NCBI RefSeq assembly: GCF_006345805.1
Contig: NC_043013.1
Coordinates: 2,728,001 to 2,792,000 of the forward strand
DNA from: Octopus sinensis
Lineage: Eukaryota
Direction of reading: 5' to 3'
Length of the DNA stretch: 64,000 nucleotides
In this document: one piece after another, positions 50,711-63,500 of the stretch
Layout of the letters: every line of letters begins with the position of its first letter
Numbering within the stretch: position 1 is the stretch's first letter
Translations under genes and position numbers: made by a program
The notes under the pieces: generated by a model
Told to the model about the DNA's origin: nothing
The model's database searches: none
The model's input: the letters and a program-made list of their open reading frames with translations, nothing else

Positions 50711-52236
50711 ACTAACCTGAAAAAATCAACATAACATCTCCCTTTGAATAGCCTTTGTGGCTTCAAGACGAGTTTATGTCCAGTGCATCATTCTCAAAAA
50801 TTTCTTCTGAGGTAGAGGCATGGAATCGAAAAACCTGACAAACAAGCTAAATGCATCTCAATATACGCACGCATGTGTTATAGTTGGAATAAGATGGAAG
50901 TATTATAAGCTATCGGACTGGGGTCGAAAATAAACGAAAGTAAATAATACATTCAAATTTTCAGAACCATTGGACACGTTCGGGAGATGAGTGACAAAAG
51001 GTGAACGAAAAGACGAGGAAATGGATTCTCAGATGCCACAAAAGGAGCAGGAGATAACAACGGACAGGGAACAACGAGGAAAATCTAATAGAAACAAAAA
51101 AATATATATATATAATTAACCATAAAAAATGAGATGAGTCAATAGTAACCCTTCTCGAATTTATAAATAAATAAACGAGCCACGAATAAAGCATTTACTT
51201 GGCCACTCGATCTGCTAGATTTAGTAGTCAACTCTCCCTAAAATCACTGTTATTCGTCTTTAGAAAGACACTTTGAATATTACATAGTCTAGAATATACA
51301 ATGGCTGAAAACTGACAGCATGGCCATGGCTGGAATGCCTAAGATTATGGATCAGCTGTAAAACTCAAGTATAACCAGACCATCTAAGAAATTCTCTCCG
51401 CAGAAGCATACCCAAATATCAGTGTGTCTAATTTACTTAGTAGTCACAGCAGTTTGAAGGAAAAACTGGTTTCAATTCTAATCGAAACCTACCAACATTT
51501 GTAGAAACAACAAAACATGATGCAACAAGATAAACAACAAGAGAACAGACCAATCCTTGGCAGAAAGGGGTAGATCTTTCTTGCACGAAACAGGTGGAAG
51601 AATTTTTTTAAAGGTAATATATGAAAATACAGCACTAAAAGAAAAATGATTCTGAAAACGAAAGAAAAAAATTAAAGAGTGATCGTGTCAAAGACTTGTT
51701 ATGATAATAAAGAGACGTTGGATGAGATTCTTTGAAGAACATCAGTGCTCCTTTTATTGGAATCACGTTTTTGAATCAAATACCAAATAGAAAACAATTC
51801 TAGCGGGACATAAATAAAAAGTATCACTCGGAAATACATCAATGACACCAACAATTGGAAGAGCGTATTAAGTAAAATATACACCCGATAAATATGTACA
51901 AAGGATGAGAAGAGAGACAGAGAGAGAAAAGAAAAATATGGCATCACAAACATGGCCCAGCATCACTGGTGAGGAATTTACCTACAAAGAGTCATAATTC
52001 CTGCAACTGGAATCTTCCAGAATTGATAAAGCCCCAATACATGGTTAAAGTACGTAACCAGTATATAAGAAGCTACTTGCATTCTGTGACTTTGGAAAAG
52101 GACCAGCGTCAGCACCTGACTGTTCAGTAGATAGGAAAGCAATATATTGATTGCTACTGACCCATCAAAAAAAAGTAAAAAAAAACAAAGGCCCCAAATC
52201 TATATTGGTAAATCGATGGTCTGTTTACCAATTATA

Positions 52237-52277
<41 letters not shown>

Positions 52278-52294
52278 AATATAAATAAATAAAT

Positions 52295-52382
<88 letters not shown>

Positions 52383-52996
52383 ACATCAATATTCTCCAAA
52401 GGTTAGTTGCATATCTAGAAGATAATATCTTGCCAAAGAAGCAAAAAGATTGTTGGAAGTAGGGTGAATGGAAGAATAACTTATTGGTAAACCAGGCAGT
52501 TATTGAACGCAACAAGAAAAGAATAAAAACAAATCTAAGCATAGTAAGGATTGATTACTGAGAAACCTTCGACAATATACTTGCATGCCTGAACAGTGGG
52601 GACCAAAAACATAGAAACCTCAGCTATTGCAGTGTATCAACTGTTCTATTCTAAAGGGAAACTAAAAACATCAATAGCAATGCAAAACAAAGAAGGGAGA
52701 CTAAACTAGCCCTATCTGCATTGAAAAGGATTCGCTTTTTGTTTTTAGGAAGACTATATATATATCCTAGTTCAAATTCTGCTGAGAAACCCTTTTAAGT
52801 CAAACACCTAATAGTTATAAATGTTATGGTCAAACTAAAAAAAAAAAAAAATTAAACTTCTCTGGATTAAAATTATATACAAAAGACAAGACAATGGAAT
52901 GAATACAGAATTATGTAAATGTGCGTTTTGGGGTATGTTTTGAGAAGGTATAAATGTAAAAATTTAAATATGAAGTGGACCGTAAATAAAAAAAAA

Positions 52997-53315
52997 GACT
53001 CCGCCGGTTACGACGACGAGGGTCCCAGCTGATTCGATCAACGGAACAGCTTGCTCGTGAAATTAACGTGCAAATGGCTGAGCATTCCACAGACACGTGT
53101 ACCCTTAACGTAGTTCTCGGGGATAATCAGCGTGACACAGAGAGTGACAAGGCTGACCCTTTGAAATACAAGTACAACTCATTTTTGCCAGCTGAGTGGA
53201 CTGGAGCAACATGAAATAAAGTGTCTTGCTCAAGAACACAACACGTCGCCGGGAATCGAACTCACAACCTTACGATCATGAGCCGAATGCCCTAACCACT
53301 AAGCCACGCGCCCTC
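52997..53315 (-). mobile_element. Chimeric SINE: family D head and core with tail X
   Basis: TGGACCGTAAATA duplicated on both sides; 5' half like 27635-27500, 3' half like 59885-59710. Confidence 0.88.
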
Positions 53316-53769
53316 ACTGGACCGTAAATATAAAGTAAGCAGTAGACATTGAAATAGAGAATTAAGACCATAACCTTAAAATGTATTCTATGGAAGACGG
53401 AAATGATAACATTCAAAAATAAAGAGAAAGTAAGAAGAGAATACGCCAAGAGCCATACTACTACTACTCTTCCTAATTTTGGCAAAAGACCAGCACTTTT
53501 GAGGTGAGGGCAAGTCGATTATATTTTGAGGTGAGGATAAGTCGATTACTTGACTGGTAATTTTGGTACTTATTTGATCGACCCCGAAAGTGATGAAAGG
53601 CAAAGTTAAAGAGCTGGAAGAAATGCTGCTGGGTAGATTGTCTGTTATACTCGCACGCCACCTTAGAATCAGTCTAATATTTAAAAAAGGGCCATAAGCA
53701 CACTTGTCATCCCAGTCTTCAAGATGATAGATAAGAAGTTCAGTGAACTAAGTTATAGAGATAAAAAGG

Positions 53770-53987
53770 GAGAGAAAGAAATAGAGAATGAGAGAAAGAA
53801 AGGGAGAGAGACAGAAAGGGAGAAAGAGAGAAAGGGAGAAAAAAAGGAAAGGGAAAGAAAGAAAGGGAAAGAGAAAGAAAGAAATGAGGAAGAAAGAGAG
53901 AGAGAAAGAAAGAAAGCGAGAAAGAAAGGAAGAAAGAAAGAAAGGGAGAGACAAAGAAAGGAAGAGAGAAAGAAAGAAAGAAAGAAA

Positions 53988-54024
<37 letters not shown>

Positions 54025-54180
54025 CAGAAAGAAAGGGGACAAAGAAAGGGAGAAAGAAAGAAATGGAAAGAGAAAGAAAAGGAGAAAGACAGAAAGAAAA
54101 GGAGAAAGAAATGGAAAGAGAAAGGGAGAAAGAAAGAAAGCAAGGGAGAAGGAAAGAAGGAAGGAAGGAAAAAGAAAATT
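53770..54180. repeat. Purine-rich (GAAA)n/(GA)n low-complexity tract
   Basis: Read directly. Confidence 0.95.
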
Positions 54181-55263
54181 TGGTTGTGTGTGTTTGTGAA
54201 GTGTCCGGTCTTGAATTTGATACTGAAATAAAATCCAAGACGAGTGCCTCACGTCGAAGTGGGAGGAATCCTAATAACAATGAAGAACTGTTTTACGAAG
54301 AAACAAACCATAATTATTACAGAAAACATATTTTGCTACAAGTAAAGGTACACTGATTAAATTAATTAATCAATACAAAACAATAAGAAAACATTTGAGT
54401 ATAAACCGAAAAGATCAAATACGAATAATAAAACCAAAGAAATAAAAGAAAGAATGGAAAGAAACTCCAGTCTCTGGTCAGGATCTTATGAAAACGTAGA
54501 TGATGTAAGCCAATATGGCCGTCAATAATGTCTCAATATCGTAGACTAAAAGCGGAAAATATTTGATTTTACTTACACAAGATTAATGACTTAATAAAAC
54601 CAATCTACAAAAGAGAACAATGAAATAAAGTCAACTGCGAACTATGAAATAAGCATAAAGACCCCCTTCTCTGTATTTCCGGTTGTCCAGAGCTATCAGA
54701 ATTTAAATATATTCATAGAAATGGCTGGATAGGTACCTATGTCCACTAAGAAATACAGACACTTCTATATCAAACAGAAATTAATATAACACGTACCAAA
54801 TAACAATGCAAGGACTATCATGTTGTAGAACATGACTGAATACACTAACAAAGAGATCAAAGCAAACAATTCAAATACAATATTCAAAGACAGAAAGAAA
54901 AAAAAGCTCTCTAAATGGACATCTCATTCTTTTTCAATCAAATTATCGGCCAGAAGGTGATCGAAAGGTTATCGAAGTACAAAAGACTGATTTTCATTGC
55001 TTAGTCATAGTAAGTTAGTGCTCGTGACCAATAAGCTTTTCAGGGCCTCTGAGGCTGGTAGTAGGAGGGAGCTTACCCTTAGGTTGCAGATTTGGTCCAT
55101 TTGCTCGAAACAGATTGGGTCGCTAAAGGTACCCAAGGACTGGTGACGGTATTAAACCGAAAGACATATTAATTATGCCACCTAAGGCCAAAAACAACCT
55201 CATCGATGGGCTTCGACATAGTTTTCTTTACTTAATTTCACTCATAGGATTTTGGTCGACAGA

Positions 55264-55865
55264 AGGCGGCGAGTTGGCAGAAACGTTAGCATGCCGGGCG
55301 AAATGCGTAGCTGTATTTCGTCTGCCGTTACCTTCTGAGTTCAGATTCCGCCGAGGTCGACTTTGCCTTTCATCCTTTCGGGGTCGATTAAATAAGTACC
55401 AGTTACGTACAGGGGTCGATATAATCGACTTAATCCCTTTGTCTGTCCTTGTTTGTCCTCTCTGTGTTTAGCCCCTTGTGGGTAGTAAAGAAATAGGTAC
55501 TTTGTCTGCCGCTACGTTCTGAGTTCAAATCTCGCCGAGGTTGACTTTGCCTTTCATCCTTTCGGGGTCGATTAAATAAAGTACCTGTTACGCACTGGGA
55601 TCGATGTAATCGACTTAATCCCTTTGTCTGTCCTTGTTTGTCCCCTCTGTGTTTAGCCCCTTGTGGGCAATAAAGAAATAGGTATTTCGTCTGCCATTAC
55701 GTTCTGAGTTTAAATTCCGCCGAGGTCGACTTTGCCTTTCATCCTTTCGGGGTCGATAAATAAAGTACCAGTTACGCATTGGGATCGATGTAATCGGCTT
55801 AATCCGTTTGTCTGTCCTTGTTTGTCCCCTCTATGTTTAGCCCCTTGTGGGTAGTAAAGAAATAT
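55264..55865 (+). mobile_element. Head-to-tail trimer of SINE family B
   Basis: One full copy plus two ~185-bp units, each restarting at GGTA(T/C)TT(C/T)GTCTGCC right after AAAGAAATA. Confidence 0.9.
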
Positions 55866-56177
55866 ATATTTAGAAGTATAATGGGTATGCTAAAAGGAAA
55901 GCATGAACAATAAGCGTAAATACCATTCAAAAGTAGACACAACACAAAATAATAGCCCTATTAAGCACAATACTTGTCCTACACTAGAGACAGCGTTATA
56001 TAGAATATATCTCCTACACTGGGCTCTCGATACGATAAAAAATTTCGCAATAAAGAAGAGCAACACGAAAATAGCACAAGAACGAAACAAACCGCGCCAT
56101 CTCTAATGATAACAACGTCAACAACTACTGATTTCCTATAGAAGTGGTGTAATGAATTGATTTTAAGTGTATGTTTG

Positions 56178-56220
<43 letters not shown>

Positions 56221-56249
56221 CAGCAGAGGCGGCGGCGGCAGCAGTAGTT

Positions 56250-56298
<49 letters not shown>

Positions 56299-56333
56299 CT
56301 GTAGCAGAGGTGGCGGCGGCGGCAGCAGTAGTT

Positions 56334-56370
<37 letters not shown>

Positions 56371-56649
56371 CAGCAGCAGCAGCAGCGGCGGCGGCGGCGG
56401 CGGCGGCGGTGGCAGCAGTAGTTGTAGTAGTAGTAGTAGAATGATGGTGCTGCTTTTCATAGGAATGTAATCAATGTTATCGATCGCCGAAGAACTTGAC
56501 TGGAACCGTTTTATCGACCGCGTAAGCATGAAACTACAAAACCAAGTTCGGCGAGATTTGAACGCAAGAGGATGTCAGGCATCTTGTGGGACACTTCTAT
56601 CATCCACCCTCCTTTAATCATAACAACAACAAGGATTATGAATAAGGCA

Positions 56650-57300
56650 GTGGTGGGTATTATAAGAACAAGTTACAAAAATGGTGGTCGTTTGGGTTGA
56701 GTATAGAAAGCCAAGAAGAAGAAGAATACAAACATAAATGGTATTTGGGGTTGATAAGGGCCAAGGTCAATCAAGAACCTTTCTGATCCTGGATTACAAT
56801 GACCCTCAAGAGCAACTTCATTCCTCCATCTTAGTATCCGACCAACAGTCATATTCTGGGAGAAGGCTTCTTAACCCGAGTAATACTCACCGCACTCCCC
56901 ATCCTTTCAGCATATTTACGAATGATTACCGTCTTCCTCTCTACCCTCAGCTTTCTCGCCAAGTGGAAGTTGAGGACTTTGCCAAAGAGGAAAAGCTTCA
57001 GTCATTAGGCCTTTCAATCTTGTCTACCAAACTATCTCAATCTGTAGAGTTTTCGGATTGAGAAAAATTGCCAGCTAAGGCGATCCTCACGCCGGATGTT
57101 ACTAATATCCGGATCCGTCACAGACGCAGAAAAAGCTGTTAGACATAGCTCCATAAGTCGACAATATTTGAACACCATATACGAAATGATTTCTTTCCTA
57201 TGTGTATATCACGATCAGGCATTGAGAAGCCTGTACGGTTTACCCTGAACCGGAAATGATCCCAGTATCTAACCCCTGCAGGTGTCACTACTGACCTCTA
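56650..57300 (-). mobile_element. Third Tx1/L1-like LINE C-terminal fragment
   Basis: Minus-strand SNIVDLWSYV.QL...TRLKGL...LNFHLARKLRVER aligns with the 22.9-kb and 44.7-kb copies. Confidence 0.7.
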
Positions 57301-57347
57301 CAGATGCCGAGTTGCAAGCTCACTCATTTGTTACGTGATCGTCTTAC

Positions 57348-57452
57348 TTCATCATATTTCATTATATTTATTCAGTATGATAAGGACCATCTCAATTTTA
57401 GTTCCGCCACACACCATAACAGTAACCATGTTTGTGTAATCCGATACAGCCT
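57348..57452 (-). other. Candidate 105-nt exon (non-coding or terminal)
   Basis: Acceptor TGTTTTCTTTCTTGTTTTCAG and donor GAA|GTAAGA; no frame is open throughout. Confidence 0.35.
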
Positions 57453-58149
57453 CTGAAAACAAGAAAGAAAACAGTTTGAATTTAGAACAGCCGCTAGGTT
57501 TAGTAAGGTCCTCTTATAATGCATCGTATAAAATGTAAATTGCTTTGGATAGATATGCTGGCAATTATACTGCCATGTGTGCTAAAAACTATACAACCTA
57601 CAGCAAGGTTCAGCCTTTTCCCTCGTACTTGGTACAAAATGTTTAACTCCGCATTCATCAGTTGATATATCTTTTATCTTTCACTTGTTTCAGTCACTGA
57701 ACTACGACCATACAGGGGTACCGCCTTGAAAGTTGTTTTTCTTTTGGTGGTGGTGGGTGGGGTGGGGGCGAAGGAATCGATTCCATATACATACTTTTTA
57801 AGTTTGGTTTCTATCGGTCTCTTCTGCCGAACCGCTAGATTACAGGGAGCATAAACAAACACAAAAACATATGCACATAGTTCCACACACACATGTACAC
57901 ATACACATACACATATACACATACATACAGCTGTGTCTGGGTCTATAAAAATCAGGATCTCAAAACAAACAAACATACAAAAAAAAATAAAAAATGAAAT
58001 AAGCTTCCGAATTTGTTTGCAAGTTGATGAATTTACTGATACTAACATTAATAATAAATCACTCATAGTTTTTTTGATAGAAGCCAAATCGTAAATCAGT
58101 TTTTTTGTTTTTGCTTTTGTTGCTGTAAAGAAATGTCACGCGCTTCAAG

Positions 58150-58735
58150 GGGTCAATGTGTGTTTGATATTTCATCCGTCTACCTCGAAGGACACATTTT
58201 CATGGAAGCCAATCGTTAGAATTTGCACTAAAGGGGCTTTATCCATGGGTGGATGAACGGTTTTGCATTGCTCGTAAAACAGCAAATGTCTAACATTATT
58301 GAGACGCACCGATTTCTATATGGAGGTACTCGTTTCACAAACATTAGCAACTGCATTTAAAAAAGACGTATAGATCAAGATATTGAAATGGTTAATTTCA
58401 TTAAAAGTTCACCATTGAAGTCACGGTTATTTGAATGAATTTCCATTGCTTTGATTTCATAGCATGGCGCCTTCTTTTTACACAGAAGTTAGATGGCTGT
58501 CAAAAGGTAAAATGCTATTCTGTAGACATAGGCTTCAGAAATATTTGTTTGCATTTTCTGAAGGAGAGAAACTTGAAGGTTTTTATGAATACCTTCGATG
58601 CGAATTTTGGATTTCTCGACTGGAATATTTAAGAGGGATTATTGACAGATATGAACTGTGTAAACACAAGCATTCAAGATAAACATGAAATTATTTCGAA
58701 TCTGACAAATAAAATCTGATTCCATTTCAGAAAAA
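58150..58735 (+). mobile_element. Decayed hAT (Buster/Charlie) transposase fragment
   Basis: EMVNFIKSSPLKSRLF, FYTEVRWLSKGKML, W..RLEYL motifs. Confidence 0.85.
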
Positions 58736-59187
58736 CAAAAACAAACAGTATAGCTGTGTGGTAAGAAGCTTGTTCCCTTACCACATGGTTCAGTCCCACT
58801 GCGTGGCACCTTGCACGAGTGTCTTCTAATATAGTTTCTGGACGACCAAATTTGTACCTATTATCATTTTTAAATATATATACTTTTTTTGATATTTTTT
58901 TATGACTTGATGCACAAAATATGCAAAATATGCAACATACCGTTGTAAAAAAAAATGTTAAGAACCGCAAATTTATTGGAGCAAGTAATCTAATCTCTTA
59001 TCCTCTGAAATCCCATTAAAAGTAATTTACTCGCTGCTTATTTGAATATTCCCATCACACGTGGAAATTTATGGCGGAGGGTCAGATCATACATCCTATT
59101 CCCTATTTTTTAAATCCTGCGTTTTAAATACCCATACATACACACACACATGTGTGTGTGTGTGTGTGTGTGTGTGCGTGCATATGT

Positions 59188-59450
59188 GGGCGCAGGTGTG
59201 GGTGTGTGGTAAGAAGTTTACCTCCGAACCACATGATTCCGTGTTCAGTCCACTACGTGGCAACCTTGGGCGATTGTCTTCTACTATGGCCCTGGCCGGA
59301 CCAAGTACTTATGAGTGGATTTGGTAGACAGAAACTGAAAAAAAAATCCGTCGTATAATCTTTGTATATTTAAGGACTGGAATCGACTCGTTCGGTTAAA
59401 ACTTATTCAAGGCAGTGCCTCGGCATGGCTGCCGGCCAATGACTAAGATG
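59188..59450 (+). mobile_element. SINE family A, diverged and internally deleted
   Basis: Head, CORE-like segment and tail remnant. Confidence 0.75.
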
Positions 59451-59456
59451 TATACA

Positions 59457-59496
<40 letters not shown>

Positions 59497-59532
59497 TGCA
59501 CACACGCGCATAGACATCAAGTGATCTACAAA

Positions 59533-59573
59533 CCTCTGATGAGAACGTAAGAAGTCTCGAAAATCGATTAAGG
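59533..59573 (+). ncRNA. Minimal type I hammerhead ribozyme motif
   Basis: cct CTGATGA gaac gtaagaa gtctc GAAA ATCGAT TA agg; intact core, palindromic AATCGATT stem III, weak stems I and II. Confidence 0.55.
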
Positions 59574-59704
59574 CTGCTCATCATTTTTTCAATCCACTGA
59601 AAAATAGTTAAAATTGTCGTGCTTGTTTGTATATTTACCACATAAGTTCACATATATCATACGTTGAAACTGTATGGATTAAGATCCCCATTGACAGGCC
59701 ATTG

Positions 59705-60088
59705 GAAGCACTCCGTCGGTTACGACGACGAGGGTTCCAGTTGATCCGAATCAACGGAACAGCCTGCTCGTGAAATTAACGTGTAAGTGGCTGAGCACTC
59801 CACAGACACGTGTACCCTTAACGCAGTTCTCGGGGATATTCAGCGTGACACAGAGAGTGACAAGGCCGGCTCCTTGAAATACAGGTACAACAGAAACAAG
59901 AAGTAAGAGTGAGAGAAAGTTGTGGTGAAAGAGTACAGCAGGGATCACCACCATCCCCTGCCGGAGCCTCGTGGAGCTTTAGGTGTTTTCGCTCAATAAA
60001 CACTCACAACGCCCGGTCTGGGAATCGAAACCGCGATCCTATGACCGCGAGTCCGCTGCCCTAACCACTGGGCCATTGCGCCTCCACA
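59705..60088 (-). mobile_element. SINE family C with tail X, full length
   Basis: 12-bp TSD GACAGGCCATTG (59693-59704, 60089-60100); A box TGGCCCAGTGG, B box GTTTCGATTCC. Confidence 0.92.
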
Positions 60089-60345
60089 GACAGGCCATTG
60101 ATATTAGATAAAGTGCTAAATACGTATGGCATGCAAATTAGTAAATCCAGCTCTCTAAAGCTACTGGATGTGTTGTGTATATAAACAGATTAGTTACCCG
60201 CTTCTCTAACATTGACCAAATGGTGTAGACATTATTGAGGAAAACCTAAAAAAAGCTTGAAATTCAATTTAGCTTATTCATAATTTTTCATAATCTACAG
60301 AGAAGTAATTGAATTTCTTATGTCTGTATGTTTATTATGTAGGAT

Positions 60346-60535
60346 TATATATTTGTGTTATATATGTATGTATATATTTGTGTTATATATGTATGTATAT
60401 ATTTGTGTTATATATGTATGTATGTATTTGTGTTATATATGTATGTATGTATTTGTGTTATATATGTATGTATGTATTTGTGTTATATATGTATGTATAT
60501 ATTTGTGTTATATATGTATGTATATATTTATATAT
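60346..60535. repeat. 25-bp minisatellite, ~7.5 units (ATTTGTGTTATATATGTATGTATRT)
   Basis: Units start at 60351, 60376, 60401 ... 60501. Confidence 0.95.
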
Positions 60536-60739
60536 GAACAATTGTGGAATTTTAGGTTTTAAATGTTAAAGATTCAGAATCTGCGAAAAAAATATTTTTC
60601 TGACAAAAATGTTTTCAGACGCATTTTTTCTCTTTTTTTCTATTTATTTCTTTATTTTTATTTGTCTATTTTATTTCTTTACTTTCTTTTGGCAAAAAAT
60701 AAAGGAATAAAAGATATAAAATTCGTATCTGCTATGCTG

Positions 60740-61520
60740 ATGCCTCAATTGTTTCATGGCAGTTCAAAATGGCTACTCAGTGAATTAAGCAATTCAGCGA
60801 CCAACGCCATTGTGTGGATCTTACAAACGAACTACATTATTGCTGATGACAAGCTACGCGTTTGTTCATGAATGTCATTGTTACAATCTCAAATTTATTT
60901 TGATGGTGTTATCTAGTGATGCTCAAATGAAAAAGGACAGTTCCTGTGAGAAGCAACACATTTTGTTTAAAAATCTAAATTGACAATGTCCATTGTACTT
61001 GAAATATTATTAGACTGCGGATGTGAAGTTGCAGTGATGTGTTCTATGACACTGGAAGGTTACAGGACTGAAGGGGCAATTGACTGGTTTTATCTTTGTT
61101 GCGATATTTGTTTCACAGGAGTCTTACGAAACCGAATATTATTCGGTGATTGTAACAACTGAGCTCAAATTGATGAAAGCTTAATTCTCAAGCGCAAAAA
61201 TCATTTTGGCAGCGTCCTTAGACAATTTTGGATCCTTAAATTTTAGATAACAACAAAAAGTTTATCCCCAGCATGTGAGTAATTGCACCGCAGTGACCTT
61301 AGGAACTTCGATTATTGATACACCACACGATAAGTGCCAAAGTTATAAGCTGCCCAAACTTTCTAATATCCATGGAATTACAAATTATTCCAATTATTTT
61401 GTGGTTCCTGCCACTCATGATTGCTTTCGATATTCCTTGGCAATCTATCACATTTCTATTTTTCGTAATATTGAAACTTTCTTAGGATCAATTAGTAACA
61501 TAAATATAATGCTTTGATAT
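60740..61520 (+). mobile_element. Decayed Merlin/ISXO2-like transposase
   Basis: AQIDESLILKRKNHFG and NYSNYFVVPAT resemble the ISXO2 motifs VQIDES...KRK...G and NHS..FVDP.T. Confidence 0.65.
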
Positions 61521-61799
61521 TGAAGCTGGACATCAGCAATATTTTTACATCTGGCTTCAATAATGTGTATTTTTTGCATAAATATATTTCGAAATTGTTT
61601 ATTATTTTTTTCAATAACAAAAGTCAACAATTTCTAACTAACGAGTTTTTGATAATATTTTAGAAAAAATAGTTTTACATATCTGTGATGAATATCTTCG
61701 AAGATATATACTATTGCTAATTCAAATACAAAAAAACAAAAACAGGGTCAAATATGAAAACAATGTGGGTGTAATGTCCTGAAATTTTTATTTCTAATA

Positions 61800-62485
61800 T
61801 TTTTCTCAGTCGTGTTTGGATAATGTATCGGCATTATAAAATCAAACTGCTGACAAACGGCATAAGCACCACCCAGAGGCTGTAAGTGAGGGAGAAAATG
61901 TAACTATTCTCTGGGACTTCTCAGTATGTACAGACCGGGCAATCAAGGCAAATAAACCTGATTTTACTATGAAAGACAAAAGCAATAACGTCTGTTTATT
62001 GATTGACGTGAGCACACACTGTGACCATAATATCTCGGCAAAAGAATTTGATAAGCTCAGAAAATATAAGGATCTGCTAATCTGAATCGAAAATATGTGG
62101 GATTTCAAGACAGTTACAATACCAGTGATTGATTGTAAGAGCACTTGGAATGATCAAAAAAGTAACTGAAAATGTTCCCTGGTTTACCATCCATGCAGGA
62201 AGTGCAAAAGGTTGTTTTGACTGGTACATCATACGTATTGAGAAGAGTATTGTCGCTGTAAATTTTCTTCCCTTTTCCTCCCTTTATTTTATTTATTTAC
62301 TTTTCTATTTTTTAATTTTTTTAATTTTTTTCTTTGTCTTCTCCCTTTTCTCTATCACATAACTCTGTAAATGAATAATCTGGTGTGCTTGTTTTAATGG
62401 CCTACCAATGTATACAGTACGTTTCTCTGCCATAGGCGTCAGGAATACATTCGGCAAGAAATGGAAATACAATTGAAAGAAAATT
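61800..62485 (+). mobile_element. R4/Dong-type LINE 3' end followed by (AAT)n
   Basis: TILWDFSVCTDRAIKANKPD...LLIDVS...KYKDL...IVRALGMIKK, 3' UTR, then microsatellite. Confidence 0.87.
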
Positions 62486-62521
62486 CTAATAATAATAATA
62501 ATGATAATAATAATAATAATA

Positions 62522-62571
<50 letters not shown>

Positions 62572-62586
62572 ATAATAATAATAATA

Positions 62587-62639
<53 letters not shown>

Positions 62640-62726
62640 AATAATAATAATAATGATAATAATAATAATAATAATAATAATTATGATGATGATGATGATA
62701 ATAATAATAATAATATAATAATAATA

Positions 62727-62787
<61 letters not shown>

Positions 62788-62789
62788 TT

Positions 62790-62932
62790 CGACGTATTTA
62801 ATCAACATATTTCATCGACCCCGAAAGGATCAAAGGCAATGCTAACCTCAGTGGAATTTGAACTCAAGACCGTAAAAACAGACGAAACATCGCTAAGCAT
62901 TTTGTCCGATGGTTCTGCCAGCTCGCCGCCTT
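62790..62932 (-). mobile_element. SINE family B, partial
   Basis: Head and core in reverse. Confidence 0.8.
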
Positions 62933-63165
62933 AATTTATATATTAATATCCTAAGGCCGAATGCGTTACGCTGACATATGGTTAGTTGCAGGGAGGATCA
63001 AACGCGAGAGATAAAGAGGAAGAGTGAAGTACTAACGAGGAAAGTAATATTTATTATGTGGTTAAAAAGTTGAAGGGAGTGATAAAGAGAAAGTGAGTTA
63101 GAAATACATTGCTTGGTACAGGGCTGATGTTCTGGTGGTGATGTTAAAGAAATGCAGATAGAGAG

Positions 63166-63196
<31 letters not shown>

Positions 63197-63359
63197 GTGA
63201 GGTTACATTATGAGTGAGAGGCAAATAAAGTGAGAGCAGCGACGCTATGTCAGTCGATGCATTACGCGGTCAAGTGGATAGTAGAAGAAAATTAGTAGAG
63301 GTGATGCAACAACTGGGCGTACTATTTCACAGTTGAAAAGTCTGTAAATTAAAAATTCG

Positions 63360-63500
63360 TTTCAAATTTTGACACAAGGCCAGCAATTCTGGGACGGGAG
63401 GTAAGTCGATTATATTGACTCCAGTGCTTAACGGGCACTTATTTTATTGACCCTGAAAGAATGAACAGCAAAGTCAACCCCAGAAGAATTCCAACTCCGA
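63360..63500 (-). mobile_element. SINE family B short-tail form, diverged
   Basis: Tail and core in reverse. Confidence 0.65.

Noticed and set aside
53724-54356. 210-aa Lys/Glu/Arg-rich ORF
   Set aside because: Translation of a (GAAA)n/(GA)n tract.
57398-57452. Cys-containing peptide end GCIGLHKHGYCYGVWRN* followed by AATAAA
   Set aside because: Too short, with no upstream coding exon found; kept only as a generic exon candidate.
60010-60087. tRNA genes at SINE heads (also ~7480-7552, 27565-27635, 30460-30533, 53245-53315)
   Set aside because: A/B boxes are present but acceptor stems do not pair fully, and each head continues into a SINE body, several with TSDs.
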